From NCBI GenBank assembly GCA_001001485.1, contig LCKO01000002.1, positions 47,567 through 111,566 of the forward strand: 64,000 nt of DNA, given 5' to 3'. The notes beneath the pieces were generated by a model. It had not been told where the DNA came from. It did not search any database and was given only the letters and a program-made list of their open reading frames with translations. A program made the translations under genes and the position numbers. Source of the DNA: Candidatus Collierbacteria bacterium GW2011_GWB2_45_17. Lineage in GTDB: Bacteria; Patescibacteriota; Microgenomatia; UBA1400; MFAQ01. This document shows, in pieces, positions 54,615 to 64,000 of this stretch. How positions within the stretch are numbered: position 1 is the first letter of the stretch; each line of letters starts with the position of its first letter.

Positions 54615-56207
54615 CTATGGTTCGGTTGTAACCTGTCCCTCAAACTTATAACTACCCGATTTCTTAATTTCGTAGTCGCTATACCACATTGTTTTCTTAT
54701 CGGCTCCTGAATATCCTTGGCCCAGTTTCCACACGGGAGTTTCCACTACACCGTCTATAAAAACTCTAAATCTAGCTTTCAAGTTTGCTTTGTTACCGGT
54801 GATGGCAATTCGAATCTTGTCACCAACGTGTAATTTGGCTCTCTGAGCCGCGGTCATTGGGGTCGTTTGATATCCCTCCGCCAGACAAGTCACTCCACCC
54901 GGAGTACCCGGTTGACAAATTTTGGCATACAAGGCCACTTCCATACACGCTCCAACTCCCGGTGTCGGAGTAAGTGTCGGTGTTATTGCTGTTGTTGTAA
55001 AAGACACTGTTGGTGCTTCCTGATCACACCCAGATTGTTTCCACATTATCAGTCTCCAATAGTATTTTGTGTTTGGCTTCATCCCCGTTACCTTATAAGT
55101 ACTCGGAACCGCCTTAAGGTAATAATCGGTGTTTTCATTTGCCACACACACAGCATCAGTCTTTCGAGACGGAAGTCTGCCACAATCGTCAGTTGGGTTT
55201 CCTTTTGGATTGGAACTTACCCATAATTTTATATAATTACCACCGGTTCCCGGTGTCCACGAAAGAGTCGCACTCGTTCCGGTAATATTGGTAATTTTTA
55301 GACCTTTTGGTGGGGTTATTTTACAAGCTCCTCCACCACACTTCTTCATATCGGTCGTCCAGGCTCCTCCGGCCGAGGGACAGCAGTATGGCTTATTTCC
55401 ACAGCTCTCCACTCTCCCGGCCGTATCACAATTACTATCTCTGCTAGATCCATCATCTTCAGGTGGAGTACAGCTTCTCAGCACCCCATCACTACCCGGA
55501 CACTGCTCCTTACAAGATCCTCCACCAGGCTTCTTCGTCGGCTTTGTCGTCGGCACGACGGTGGGGCAGGATTGTTTAGGACATATCATGGTACCATCGG
55601 CACAAACTTTCGTCTTCTCGCAGGCAGCCGTCGTCGGCGTAGTACCACATTCCGAATCTGAAGAACACTCTCCCACTGATAATCTATCACCGGTACAACG
55701 AACACATTTATTACTAGAACAATATTCACACTTACCTCCTTCAGTCGGCGTCTTCGTCGGTGTTATCGGCGGCTTCGTCGGTATTGTGGGCGAAACGCAA
55801 GCATCGCCTTCGTCCACCCATGATCCATTTTCACAAGTTTGCCGCCGATTATTACTACACCTAGTCGCGCCATCAAAACATTTCCATGCCAGGGGTTCGC
55901 TTTCCGGCGCGGTCGGGGCCACTGCCTGCCTGCCCGAAATCCTATTTGACACAAAATAAGCCGCCGTGGCCACTCCGACGACTAGAATAATCGCGGCGAT
56001 ACCACCCAGTATCTGAGGCATTTTACTTTTTGGTTTTGACCCTGGCCATTCGGGTTCCGGGGGAGCACTCGGGGCTGGTGGAGCTGTTACGGGCAAAGGT
56101 TGAATCGGGGCGATGGGTGGAACAACAGGGTTTAGTCCCTCTGGCATTGGAGGAGTCAATGGAAGAACCACCGGAGTTACGGGCGCTAAATTATTTTGAT
56201 CGTCCAT
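54615..56207 (-). CDS. Cys-rich secreted/surface protein with Pro-rich N-terminus, APTAPESEP motif and FN3 domain
   Basis: Signal anchor; more than 30 Cys; FN3-like PKGLKITNITGTSATLSWTPG..YYLKAV. Confidence 0.45.
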   Translation of the reverse strand: MDDQNNLAPVTPVVLPLTPPMPEGLNPVVPPIAPIQPLPVTAPPAPSAPPEPEWPGSKPKSKMPQILGGIAAIILVVGVATAAYFVSNRISGRQAVAPTAPESEPLAWKCFDGATRCSNNRRQTCENGSWVDEGDACVSPTIPTKPPITPTKTPTEGGKCEYCSSNKCVRCTGDRLSVGECSSDSECGTTPTTAACEKTKVCADGTMICPKQSCPTVVPTTKPTKKPGGGSCKEQCPGSDGVLRSCTPPEDDGSSRDSNCDTAGRVESCGNKPYCCPSAGGAWTTDMKKCGGGACKITPPKGLKITNITGTSATLSWTPGTGGNYIKLWVSSNPKGNPTDDCGRLPSRKTDAVCVANENTDYYLKAVPSTYKVTGMKPNTKYYWRLIMWKQSGCDQEAPTVSFTTTAITPTLTPTPGVGACMEVALYAKICQPGTPGGVTCLAEGYQTTPMTAAQRAKLHVGDKIRIAITGNKANLKARFRVFIDGVVETPVWKLGQGYSGADKKTMWYSDYEIKKSGSYKFEGQVTTEP

Positions 56208-56266
56208 CTGTATTTAACTATACTATTTGTTTAATCACTGTCAACAAGCAGTCCTTTTTGTAGTTG

Positions 56267-57445
56267 TCAGGTGATAGATCCTCCCCAAAAATAATCTTCA
56301 AACCGTGGTGATGGATGACGAGACACCAGTCTGAAATCTTTAATACCCGCAGTGGCTGACAGTCGAGATAAAGTTGCCAAATCACCATCTGTAGGAGTCT
56401 CTTTAGCTTCTATGGCTATTTTTCCATCTAAGACGAAGTCTATTTCATTTCCACTCTTCAAAGCATAGTACTGTATAGATCCATGTTTTGACAGTTGATT
56501 GTAGAGCGTGTTTTCAAACTGCGATCCACTGGAAATATCAGTCAGTGTATTGGCAAGTCCTGTATCACAGAAATATAATTTTCTCGACTTGACGATTTCT
56601 CTACTTGAATTTTTAGTAAAAACAGGCACTGTATGGATGAGATAAGTTTTTTCGAAAAAAGTGATGTAATTGGTTACGGTCGGTCTGGATATCCCCGTTA
56701 GCTTAGAGATGGTGTTGTACTCTGTTCGGCTTCCCACTCTGTTGGCTAATAATTTGGCCAGTGAAAAGAGGTTCCTTTCGTCGGAAAAATCTGCCAACGA
56801 GCGAATGTCTATATTTATATACGAAGACATGATGTCGAGTAGGATATCTTTCTTGGTTTCTTCCGACTCTGCTAGAACAACCTGGGGAAAGCCTCCAAAA
56901 CGGATGAATTCTTCGTAATAAGATGTCAGCCGATTGTATTCATTTTTATCAAACGTTTTCTCTCTCCAGGCGGTATTAGCGTGGTTTATGCCTTTGAATG
57001 TCAAAAACTCTCCGAAGTCCAAAGGAAACAGTTCGAATACTTTTTTCCTTCCGGCCAGAGATTCTGTAAATAGATTTTTTAGATAATAAGAACTAGACCC
57101 TGTGACTATGAACTTAATTTTTTTGTGGTCAGAAAGATATTTAATGACACCAGGACTATCTGGTGCCAGCTGGATCTCATCTAGGGCAACCACCATGTCT
57201 TGATCCTTGGATAGTCCTCTTTTGACAAAAGCCTCGTAAATTCCATCGTAATTTTTTTGATGGAAGAGCTCTCTATTATCTGGACGTTGAAGGTCAAGGT
57301 ATAAAGAATTTCTATTTGGGATATCCTCCAAGAGTTGAATGACCAGGGTGGTTTTTCCGGTTCGCCTCATCCCTGTAAGGACCGTTACCAAAGGGGATCG
57401 GGTATGAGATAAAAGGTCTTGATATATTTTACGTTTGTATACCAT
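56267..57445 (-). CDS. AAA ATPase (AAA_14 + DUF4143 family)
   Basis: Walker A GMRRTGKTT, Walker B VALDEIQ, C-terminal DUF4143-like region. Confidence 0.7.
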   Translation of the reverse strand: MVYKRKIYQDLLSHTRSPLVTVLTGMRRTGKTTLVIQLLEDIPNRNSLYLDLQRPDNRELFHQKNYDGIYEAFVKRGLSKDQDMVVALDEIQLAPDSPGVIKYLSDHKKIKFIVTGSSSYYLKNLFTESLAGRKKVFELFPLDFGEFLTFKGINHANTAWREKTFDKNEYNRLTSYYEEFIRFGGFPQVVLAESEETKKDILLDIMSSYINIDIRSLADFSDERNLFSLAKLLANRVGSRTEYNTISKLTGISRPTVTNYITFFEKTYLIHTVPVFTKNSSREIVKSRKLYFCDTGLANTLTDISSGSQFENTLYNQLSKHGSIQYYALKSGNEIDFVLDGKIAIEAKETPTDGDLATLSRLSATAGIKDFRLVSRHPSPRFEDYFWGGSIT

Positions 57446-57492
57446 ATGTTAACCATACTTTACAAAAAGTATCACTATTTGTCAAGTTCTGT

Positions 57493-58836
57493 CTAGTCTC
57501 GGTTTTCACCCAGCCTCTTTTTAGTCACCTTTCCGAAAACCAGCAGACCAATACCTAGCATTGCCAGTATCAAAGAAGTCATCAAACCACCGGCATCCTC
57601 CAATTCTTCGGAAGTCGTTGGTGGCATGGTGGTTGCTGACGTGGGTGTGGGGGTTAGGGATATGGTTGCCGATGGAGTAGCCGTGAAGGCGGGCAGTCCA
57701 CTGCCGGCCAGGACGGTAAATGTTCTGGTAATTGTTTGCAGTTTGTTGGCCCCATCGGTAAACTCGGCCGTTAACACATGACCGCCCTGACCGAGTTTTT
57801 GTGGCGGTGTCCAAGTCCAGTTGCCATCGATATTCGCCGTTACCACTTGAGTCAATTGATTCGGAGTATCCACGGTTAGTTTCACCGTCGATCCGGTCGG
57901 AGCCTTACCTCTAAACTCCGGCAAGTCCGTCGCAATGATTTCTCCGTTTACGGCCGGATTTAAGATTTTTACCGCACTGGTTGCTTCCAACTGTTCCGAT
58001 AAAGACAGTTGAGCCTCTACCAGCTGAAAACCGGCCCCTGTAACCGATCCGGAATCGGAGACGACGAGACCGGAAACGAGGGAACCGGCCTCGATAAAGC
58101 TCTGATTTTTCCCTAAAATGATGTCCGGCACCGGCGAGCGCTTGCTGGTATCCGTGATGGCTGTAGCCGTACCGGCGCTACCAGCCTGGACAAAGATAGA
58201 GAGCAAGGTGGTTTGGGGATCATAGGTCAAGACCTTACCGCTTTTGTCGCGCGCGTTGGCCAGGTTAAGTCTCCAAGTTCCATCTGTTTTCGTCATCGTC
58301 GCCAAAGATTCACCTCCTTCGGCTTCCACGAATACGATTGCCCCGTTCACCGCCTCACCACTGGCACCGACCACTTTACCAAAAATCACCTCTTCCGGAG
58401 GAGAAATTACCTGAGCCGGTGTTCTTACTTGAAATGGTTTGCTGTTGTCGTTATAACTTGCCGATCCGGACACGATTAAAAAGTAATAAGTTTTATTCGC
58501 TCCCAAACCGGTCACGTTTACCAAATGGTTGGTGTAACCCTGTGATGTTCCGGAAATTTGGTCTCGTACATCTCCCGCCGGAGTATTAATTTTCGCCGGA
58601 TCTTCGGAATACTTTATTAGTCCGGTCAGTGGCACATCGGTCGTCCAACTGGCGCTAAAGGTTGTCGAACCCAAGTTGGAAACCTTCACATTTTTCGGAC
58701 TTTCGGTTGGACCGGCCTTGGTTCCCAAACCCTGTCTCATATTTACCAAAATTACGCCGGCCACCAAGCCTCCGATAAGTATCAAGATACCCAATAAAGT
58801 CGGAATTCGTTTGTTCATTAATCCTGATTTTGCCAT
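57493..58836 (-). CDS. Surface protein with N-terminal anchor, FN3-like domain and C-terminal TM + basic tail
   Basis: PKNVKVSNLGSTTFSASWTT..YYFLIV FN3-like; C-term ..EELEDAGGLMTSLILAMLGIGLLVFGKVTKKRLGENRD. Confidence 0.4.
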   Translation of the reverse strand: MAKSGLMNKRIPTLLGILILIGGLVAGVILVNMRQGLGTKAGPTESPKNVKVSNLGSTTFSASWTTDVPLTGLIKYSEDPAKINTPAGDVRDQISGTSQGYTNHLVNVTGLGANKTYYFLIVSGSASYNDNSKPFQVRTPAQVISPPEEVIFGKVVGASGEAVNGAIVFVEAEGGESLATMTKTDGTWRLNLANARDKSGKVLTYDPQTTLLSIFVQAGSAGTATAITDTSKRSPVPDIILGKNQSFIEAGSLVSGLVVSDSGSVTGAGFQLVEAQLSLSEQLEATSAVKILNPAVNGEIIATDLPEFRGKAPTGSTVKLTVDTPNQLTQVVTANIDGNWTWTPPQKLGQGGHVLTAEFTDGANKLQTITRTFTVLAGSGLPAFTATPSATISLTPTPTSATTMPPTTSEELEDAGGLMTSLILAMLGIGLLVFGKVTKKRLGENRD

Positions 58837-58837
58837 A

Positions 58838-59146
58838 TTATTGTATTGGTGCGTCTGATGGTACCGCCGACGGCGTGGCCTGCCCGCCTAACTGTTCCAC
58901 TGTTGGCGTGGGGATCAAAACCGATCCAAGTTCCGCCTCGGTAATAACATCTCTTTTTACTAAATTATCCACCACCGTTTGAACAATAGTTCCATCTATC
59001 GGCTTTACCGCTTCTTTCTGAGCTGCTGTCAGTTGACTTTTGACAGAGGCAGAAAAAATCTGGAACGCCAAAACTCCTCCCACAATAGATAGTCCCATCA
59101 CTCCTATTAATAATACATAAATCGACAGTGTCTTTCTAGGTTTCAT
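58838..59146 (-). CDS. Small membrane-anchored protein (possible pilus assembly accessory)
   Basis: N-terminal TM; co-oriented with 1-nt spacing to PilO/PilN-like genes. Confidence 0.3.
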   Translation of the reverse strand: MKPRKTLSIYVLLIGVMGLSIVGGVLAFQIFSASVKSQLTAAQKEAVKPIDGTIVQTVVDNLVKRDVITEAELGSVLIPTPTVEQLGGQATPSAVPSDAPIQ

Positions 59147-59798
59147 TTTCTAAGTAGAAATAAAAGGATACTTGTCCGGTCGCTTTGATACTCGATGTCT
59201 TACCTGCCTGACCCGTTTCTGTCGTCATCACAATACTTTCCAGCAAGGTTGCTCTGTCCAGGTTTTCTAAATTCCCCAGAAACTCTCTTACCTTTTTTGG
59301 ATCTCCTGACACCGCAAATGACACGCTGGATCTAACAATGTTCGAAGCGCTCTTGGTCAGGAGCTTTGAAGCCCACCCCCCATTACCCTTTCCGGTTCCA
59401 AACAGCCTTATACCGGGCATACTAATGGTTTGTATAGTTAGTCCACTTTTTCTGGCCAACACTTCGATTCTCCCGGCCATTCCTTGATATGAAAATTTAT
59501 CCGGCACCGCTTCGTCAAAAAGTTTCAGTTTGTCTTGAAAGACACTGAGCTGGTTTTGTGAGTCAAAAACTTGGGCAATCTTCAAGTCCGCCTTTTTATT
59601 AAATGAGTTGAGATCCTCAATTCTTTTTTGCAGCGCGGCTATATTGGTTACTGTCGGTCTGATAGCGAAAAATATCAATCCGGTCACCATAAATACTGAA
59701 AGAACTATCTCCAGCGAAGCTTTTACCTCTGGTCTTTGGTAAATTAAACTAATTTGTTGATAGTAGAGCGAGTACTTTTCGTTGTTAATTAAGGCCAT
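59136..59798 (-). CDS. Type IV pilus assembly protein PilO-like
   Basis: TM + coiled coil + C-terminal domain arrangement; 1-nt overlap with upstream PilN-like gene. Confidence 0.4.
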   Translation of the reverse strand: MALINNEKYSLYYQQISLIYQRPEVKASLEIVLSVFMVTGLIFFAIRPTVTNIAALQKRIEDLNSFNKKADLKIAQVFDSQNQLSVFQDKLKLFDEAVPDKFSYQGMAGRIEVLARKSGLTIQTISMPGIRLFGTGKGNGGWASKLLTKSASNIVRSSVSFAVSGDPKKVREFLGNLENLDRATLLESIVMTTETGQAGKTSSIKATGQVSFYFYLENET

Positions 59799-60343
59799 TA
59801 TTTAAAAGTTGCCTGAATATTAAATTTTACCGCCCCCGAAGTTTGGTCGAAATTGGTGTCTTTCATTGAAAGATTGGCAATCCCCTCCATTTTCTTCAAA
59901 CTTCTCAGTAGCTGGGCAAATCCCAGCTCCGACACCGATTCACCGGCCATTCCGACACCGCTATCGTCGATAGTCAGCTTCTCTAGGTGAACTCCGGAAG
60001 GAATCAGCTTGGAAAGGCTATCGTATCGTCCACCAAAAGAAATGTTCTCCGCCAAGTAGTTGCTTATGGGGGCTTGCTTGGCCAAAATCTTCCTCATTTG
60101 TTTTTCCGTTTCGGCAAATGACTCAATCTGAACCTGTTTCTGGTCCACCTCTTCTGACAAGTCATTGATTTTTTTATCAAAGTAAAATCTTGATCCGAAA
60201 GCGAGTAACACCACAAACTCGGTCAGAACCACCAAAACTCTTCCGGTCGTCGTCGCCCACGACAAAAACTTTCCCAAACCGGAAAACTCAAAACTATCTT
60301 TCGGTATTAAATTGATCTGAAAAACACCTTGCTGAGTAGCCAC
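59798..60343 (-). CDS. Type IV pilus assembly protein PilN-like
   Basis: N-terminal QINLIPKD (PilN INLLP motif), TM, coiled coil. Confidence 0.45.
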   Translation of the reverse strand: MATQQGVFQINLIPKDSFEFSGLGKFLSWATTTGRVLVVLTEFVVLLAFGSRFYFDKKINDLSEEVDQKQVQIESFAETEKQMRKILAKQAPISNYLAENISFGGRYDSLSKLIPSGVHLEKLTIDDSGVGMAGESVSELGFAQLLRSLKKMEGIANLSMKDTNFDQTSGAVKFNIQATFK

Positions 60344-60386
60344 ACTTTCAGTTTATCAAATGGATCTCTCAAACACAAAGAAACCT

Positions 60387-60620
60387 TTACTTAACCTTCT
60401 TCGACAACCGCGCCTTGATCCTATCTGCCTTGCCCTTTTTGATAACACCTTTTTTTGCCGCTCGGTCTACCGCGGAAAAAGCCTTACCGAGAGACTCCAG
60501 TGTCAGCAAACCTTTAAAGGTCTCGATCGCCGACTTCGCTTTGGTTCTGGTGGCTTTATTAAAAATAGCCTTCTTCTTGTCGGCTCTGAATTTTTTGATG
60601 GCTGATTTAGTTATAGGCAT
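60387..60620 (-). CDS. rpsT: 30S ribosomal protein S20
   Basis: 77 aa, Lys-rich, MPITKSAIKKFRADKKK.. Confidence 0.85.
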   Translation of the reverse strand: MPITKSAIKKFRADKKKAIFNKATRTKAKSAIETFKGLLTLESLGKAFSAVDRAAKKGVIKKGKADRIKARLSKKVK

Positions 60621-60684
60621 GGCCTTATTTTAACACGCCCATTCGCCTCTGGCACAAGTGTGTCTCTTGAATTAAAATTGATAG

Positions 60685-62334
60685 GTGGTAAACAGGATTA
60701 TTTCCAGCTCTCAAGAGTTTTTCAATCGTAAAAGCAGTAGCATTCTTTCTGCCGCGGCTATCATCGGTATTTCTTATCTCGGTTCAGCTATTTTGGGGCT
60801 CATCCGCAATCACCTTTTGGCCGCCCGTTTTTTTGGCGGCCTGGAAGCCGACCTTGACGTTTATTTTGCCGCCTTTGTCATCCCCGACACGGTTTTCCAG
60901 CTTCTTGTCGTCGGCGCCGTTTCCGCCGCTTTTATTCCCGTTTATCAAGAATATTTTGAAAAATCCGCCGAAGAAGCTCATGACTTGGCCAACGCCGCCC
61001 TGACTTCAGTTGGTTTCTTCTTAGTTATCCTTTCCATCGTCATTGCTATTTTTGCTCGGCCATTAGCCGGCCTTTTGGCTCATTTTCCTCCCGAAAAACT
61101 CGACTTAATGGCAAATCTCATCAGATTTATGTCGGTAGCTCAGATTCTTTTTGCCGTCTCCGCTTTCCTTACCGGAGTGCTCCAGTCCCAGCGACGTTTT
61201 TTAATCCCCGCCCTGGCTCCTCTTTTCTACAATCTGGGCACCATTTCCGGTATTTTCTTCCTTTCGTCTCGTTTTGGAATTTACTCGGCCGCCATAGGCG
61301 TTGTTCTGGGGGCTCTGCTTCATATGGCCATCCAGTTACCTACTGCCCGCTCCGTCGGTTTTTGGCCAAAAATTAATTGGCAACCAAAACACCCCGGAGT
61401 TCTGTCCATGATTCATCTGATGCCTCCCAGAGCTTTGGCCCTTGGCTTAGACCAAATAGAGCGTTGGGTGGCGGTCAATCTTAGTTCTCTCATGGCCGCC
61501 GGATCTCTTTCGATCTTCAATTTTGCCCGCCAACTTTACGTCCTCCCAATTTTGCTTTTTGGAGTTTCTCTAAGCCAAGCCTCTTTTCCTTCTCTAGCGA
61601 AAGAAGCCCTGATCGAAGACAAAACTCGGTTCAAGTCCACTTTATCAAAGTCTATTTTACAAATTTTCTTTTTTGCTCTCCCTGCCAGTGTCATCATTCT
61701 AGTTCTTCGCATACCCCTCGTCCGTCTGGCTTTTGGAGCCAAAAACTTTCCCTGGGAAGCCACTCTACTCACCGGTAAAGCTCTGGCCTTCTTTAGTTTG
61801 TCTATTGCTCCACAAGCAGTCACCAACACTCTTACCCGCGCCCTTCACGCCTTGAAAGATACCAAGACACCTTTGATCATAGGCTTTATTACCATGGTTG
61901 TTTTTGTTAGCTTGGCTTATTTTCTTGGTCTGATCACCGAAAAAAATGTGGCCGGTATTACCCTGGCTTTGACCCTAGGTAATTTACTCGACTTTGTTCT
62001 CTCTTACTGGGCCGTCCGCCGGAAAGTCGGCTCTCTGGGCATCTCCGTCAGAATGATAAAAATGTTTATTGTCAGCCTTCTTACCGGCGTTTCTCTCTGG
62101 CTCCCTCTACGCCTTCTTGATCAACTAATCTTCGACACCACCAGAACCGTTCCACTTATCATCCTTACCTTAATAGTCGGCTCTGTAGGTTTCAGTGTTT
62201 ATCTCTTTTTCTGTTGGCTGTTTGAAATTGAAGAACTACAGGATGTCGTTAATATCGTGAAAAAGGTTGGTAACTGGCGTAAAATACTGGCGAGTAGTGA
62301 CGAAGTCCTTGAGACCACTCCCACTAGTAACTAA
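60685..62334 (+). CDS. murJ: Lipid II flippase MurJ (MviN)
   Basis: 14-TM profile; IRNHLLAARFFGGLEADLDVYFAAFVIPD N-terminus typical of MurJ. Confidence 0.85.
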   Translation: MVNRIISSSQEFFNRKSSSILSAAAIIGISYLGSAILGLIRNHLLAARFFGGLEADLDVYFAAFVIPDTVFQLLVVGAVSAAFIPVYQEYFEKSAEEAHDLANAALTSVGFFLVILSIVIAIFARPLAGLLAHFPPEKLDLMANLIRFMSVAQILFAVSAFLTGVLQSQRRFLIPALAPLFYNLGTISGIFFLSSRFGIYSAAIGVVLGALLHMAIQLPTARSVGFWPKINWQPKHPGVLSMIHLMPPRALALGLDQIERWVAVNLSSLMAAGSLSIFNFARQLYVLPILLFGVSLSQASFPSLAKEALIEDKTRFKSTLSKSILQIFFFALPASVIILVLRIPLVRLAFGAKNFPWEATLLTGKALAFFSLSIAPQAVTNTLTRALHALKDTKTPLIIGFITMVVFVSLAYFLGLITEKNVAGITLALTLGNLLDFVLSYWAVRRKVGSLGISVRMIKMFIVSLLTGVSLWLPLRLLDQLIFDTTRTVPLIILTLIVGSVGFSVYLFFCWLFEIEELQDVVNIVKKVGNWRKILASSDEVLETTPTSN

Positions 62335-62336
62335 GT

Positions 62337-64000
62337 ATGTCCAACTCAACTCGAAACTTCTCTATTATTGCTCATATTGATGCCGGCAAATCTACTTTGG
62401 CAGATCGTATGTTGGAAATCACCGGTACTGTTCAGGCGGACAAAATAACCCCCCAACTTCTGGATAGCAACCCTATCGAGCGCGAACGGGGAATCACCAT
62501 CAAACTAGCCCCAGTAGCCATGAGCCACAAGGGTTATACTCTCAATCTCATTGATACTCCAGGCCATGTAGATTTTAATTATGAAGTTGAGCGTGCTCTC
62601 CAGGCCTGCGAAGGCGCCCTACTACTAGTAGATGCCACCAAAGGGGTTCAGGCTCAAACTGTCGCCAATCTCCGTCTAGCCAAGAATCTTGGCCTTACCA
62701 TTATTCCGGTCGTCAACAAAATCGACGCCCCCCTAGCCAACACCTCTGCCGCTATTCGTCAGTTAAAACAACTTTTAAATATCGATATCGAACCATTTCT
62801 GGTTTCCGCCAAAACCGGAGAGGGAGTCAAAAATCTATTAGACCACATCATCTCCGACCTCCCTAGTCCGTCATTGCGAGGAGGTACACCGACGTGGCAA
62901 TCTCACTCCACCCACCCCTTCCAGGCCCTCGTCTTCAACTCCACCTTCGATATCCATCTGGGAGTCATTGCCTTTGTCAAAATCGTTTCCGGAGACCTTC
63001 ATCATGGCGATAAACTGGAGTTTCTAAACTCCGGCCAGTCGCTGACTGCTTCCGAAATTGGCATTTTTTCGCCCGGAAGAACCGAAAAAAAGATCATTGC
63101 CTCCGGTAATGTCGGCTATATCATCACCGGCTTGAAAGATATTCGCCGAGTTTTGGTCGGGGACACCCTCTGTCTTTCCACCCAGATAAAACAGGTCAGC
63201 CCCATACCCGGCTTCCGAAAAATTCACCCCAACGTTTTTTTGGATCTCTACCCGGCCGAGGGTTCACAGTACCGGGATCTGGTCGATGCTTTGGAAAAAT
63301 TAAAACTTAATGATTCTTCCCTCACCACTCAAGGCATCAACTCTCCCATTCTCGGCCAAGGTGTCAAGGTGGGTTTCCTGGGGATGCTTCACGCCGAGGT
63401 GGTGGGTGAGCGACTGGAAAGAGAGTTTGGTCTGCCGGTCATCTCCGTTTCTCCTTCGGTAGAGTACAAAGTTCAGCTCCGTTCCGGTGAAGAAAAATGT
63501 TTTAGTTCTCCGACCGACTTTCCAGATCCGGCTGTAATTACCAAGAGTTACGAACCCATGGCCGCGGTCAACATCGTGGTGACCTCACCCTACGTCGGTG
63601 CCGTCATGGAACTCTGTCAGGATCTGCGAGGCAGTCTGGTCAACGTTTCCTACCTTGATGAGTTAGTCGAGATCGATTATTTCCTACCCCTAATCGAAGT
63701 TATCACCACTCTTCATGACAGCCTCAAAAGTGTTTCTCAAGGCTTTGCTTCCATGGACTACGAACTTTCCGGTTGGCAGGAGGCCGAATTAGTTAAACTT
63801 GATGTCCTCCTCAATCACGAACTCTTCACCCCCATGAGTGTTATAACGGTGAAAGAAAAAGCTTACTACAAAGGCAAAAGAATTTCCGAAAAACTTAAAG
63901 AAGCTATTCCTCGTCAGCAGTTTGAGATCCCTATTCAGGTGGCTATTGGTGGCCAGATCATCGCTCGAGAAACTATCAAGGCTTACCGTAAAGATGTCGA
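62337..64000 (+). CDS. lepA: Elongation factor 4 (LepA), runs off the window end; contains in-frame family-A insertion
   Basis: NFSIIAHIDAGKSTLADR G1 motif, DTPGHVDF, NKID; insert SLRGGTPTWQSHST at 62870-62912. Confidence 0.9.
   Translation, partial: MSNSTRNFSIIAHIDAGKSTLADRMLEITGTVQADKITPQLLDSNPIERERGITIKLAPVAMSHKGYTLNLIDTPGHVDFNYEVERALQACEGALLLVDATKGVQAQTVANLRLAKNLGLTIIPVVNKIDAPLANTSAAIRQLKQLLNIDIEPFLVSAKTGEGVKNLLDHIISDLPSPSLRGGTPTWQSHSTHPFQALVFNSTFDIHLGVIAFVKIVSGDLHHGDKLEFLNSGQSLTASEIGIFSPGRTEKKIIASGNVGYIITGLKDIRRVLVGDTLCLSTQIKQVSPIPGFRKIHPNVFLDLYPAEGSQYRDLVDALEKLKLNDSSLTTQGINSPILGQGVKVGFLGMLHAEVVGERLEREFGLPVISVSPSVEYKVQLRSGEEKCFSSPTDFPDPAVITKSYEPMAAVNIVVTSPYVGAVMELCQDLRGSLVNVSYLDELVEIDYFLPLIEVITTLHDSLKSVSQGFASMDYELSGWQEAELVKLDVLLNHELFTPMSVITVKEKAYYKGKRISEKLKEAIPRQQFEIPIQVAIGGQIIARETIKAYRKDV
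62870..62912 (+). repeat. Family A mini-element copy A7 (gtcattgcgaggaggtacaccgacgtggcaatctcactccacc), in-frame in lepA
   Basis: 41/43 identical to intergenic copy at 27349. Confidence 0.9.

Overview
This 64-kb window looks like a chromosomal segment from a small-genome bacterium, possibly a Candidate Phyla Radiation / Patescibacteria-type lineage, but that is inference from gene content only. It is gene-dense (about 60 CDS) and carries one tRNA.

Recognisable housekeeping genes are tsaD, groES/groEL, pgk, gap, tpiA, metG, a TatD DNase, rmuC, thyX, ung, an AlkA-like glycosylase, a PcrA/UvrD helicase, rpsT, murJ and a 5'-partial lepA. There are also many envelope and surface genes: VanW, an LCP protein, two FemAB paralogs, an MraY/WecA-type GT4, a UbiA prenyltransferase, a GT2, PilN/PilO-like proteins, and large Cys-rich surface proteins with FN3/DUF11 domains.

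The most unusual content is three families of short dispersed repeats, repeatedly inserted in-frame inside conserved genes and also found immediately 3' of stop codons. The insertion hosts are tsaD, tatD, lepA, pcrA, an FAD oxidoreductase and a conjugation-type ATPase (T4CP-like ATPase) fused to a Nudix hydrolase.
- Family A: 25-55 bp palindromic mini-elements beginning with GTCAT, at least 12 copies.
- Family B: a 4x tandem octamer, CTTGAGTT, 3 copies.
- Family C: a 47-bp perfect hairpin, GGGCCAGGCCTT...AAGGCCTGGCCC, 3 copies.

Other notable items:
- A 359-aa intein splitting helicase motif III of a 1362-aa UvrD-type helicase / Cas4-like nuclease.
- A candidate defence islet that appears AT-rich by eye (GC not computed): an unknown convergent ORF, a C5 DNA methyltransferase, the helicase-nuclease, and an AlbA_2/HATPase_c_4 protein.
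- A 1081-aa T4CP-like ATPase fused to a Nudix domain through a repeat-built linker.
- A eukaryote-type VWC-like cysteine domain in a secreted protein.
- A LexA-type wHTH fused to a UDP-glucose-dehydrogenase-like core.
- A probable frameshift in a methyltransferase at a homopolymer.

No CRISPR array, rRNA or obvious prophage was seen.
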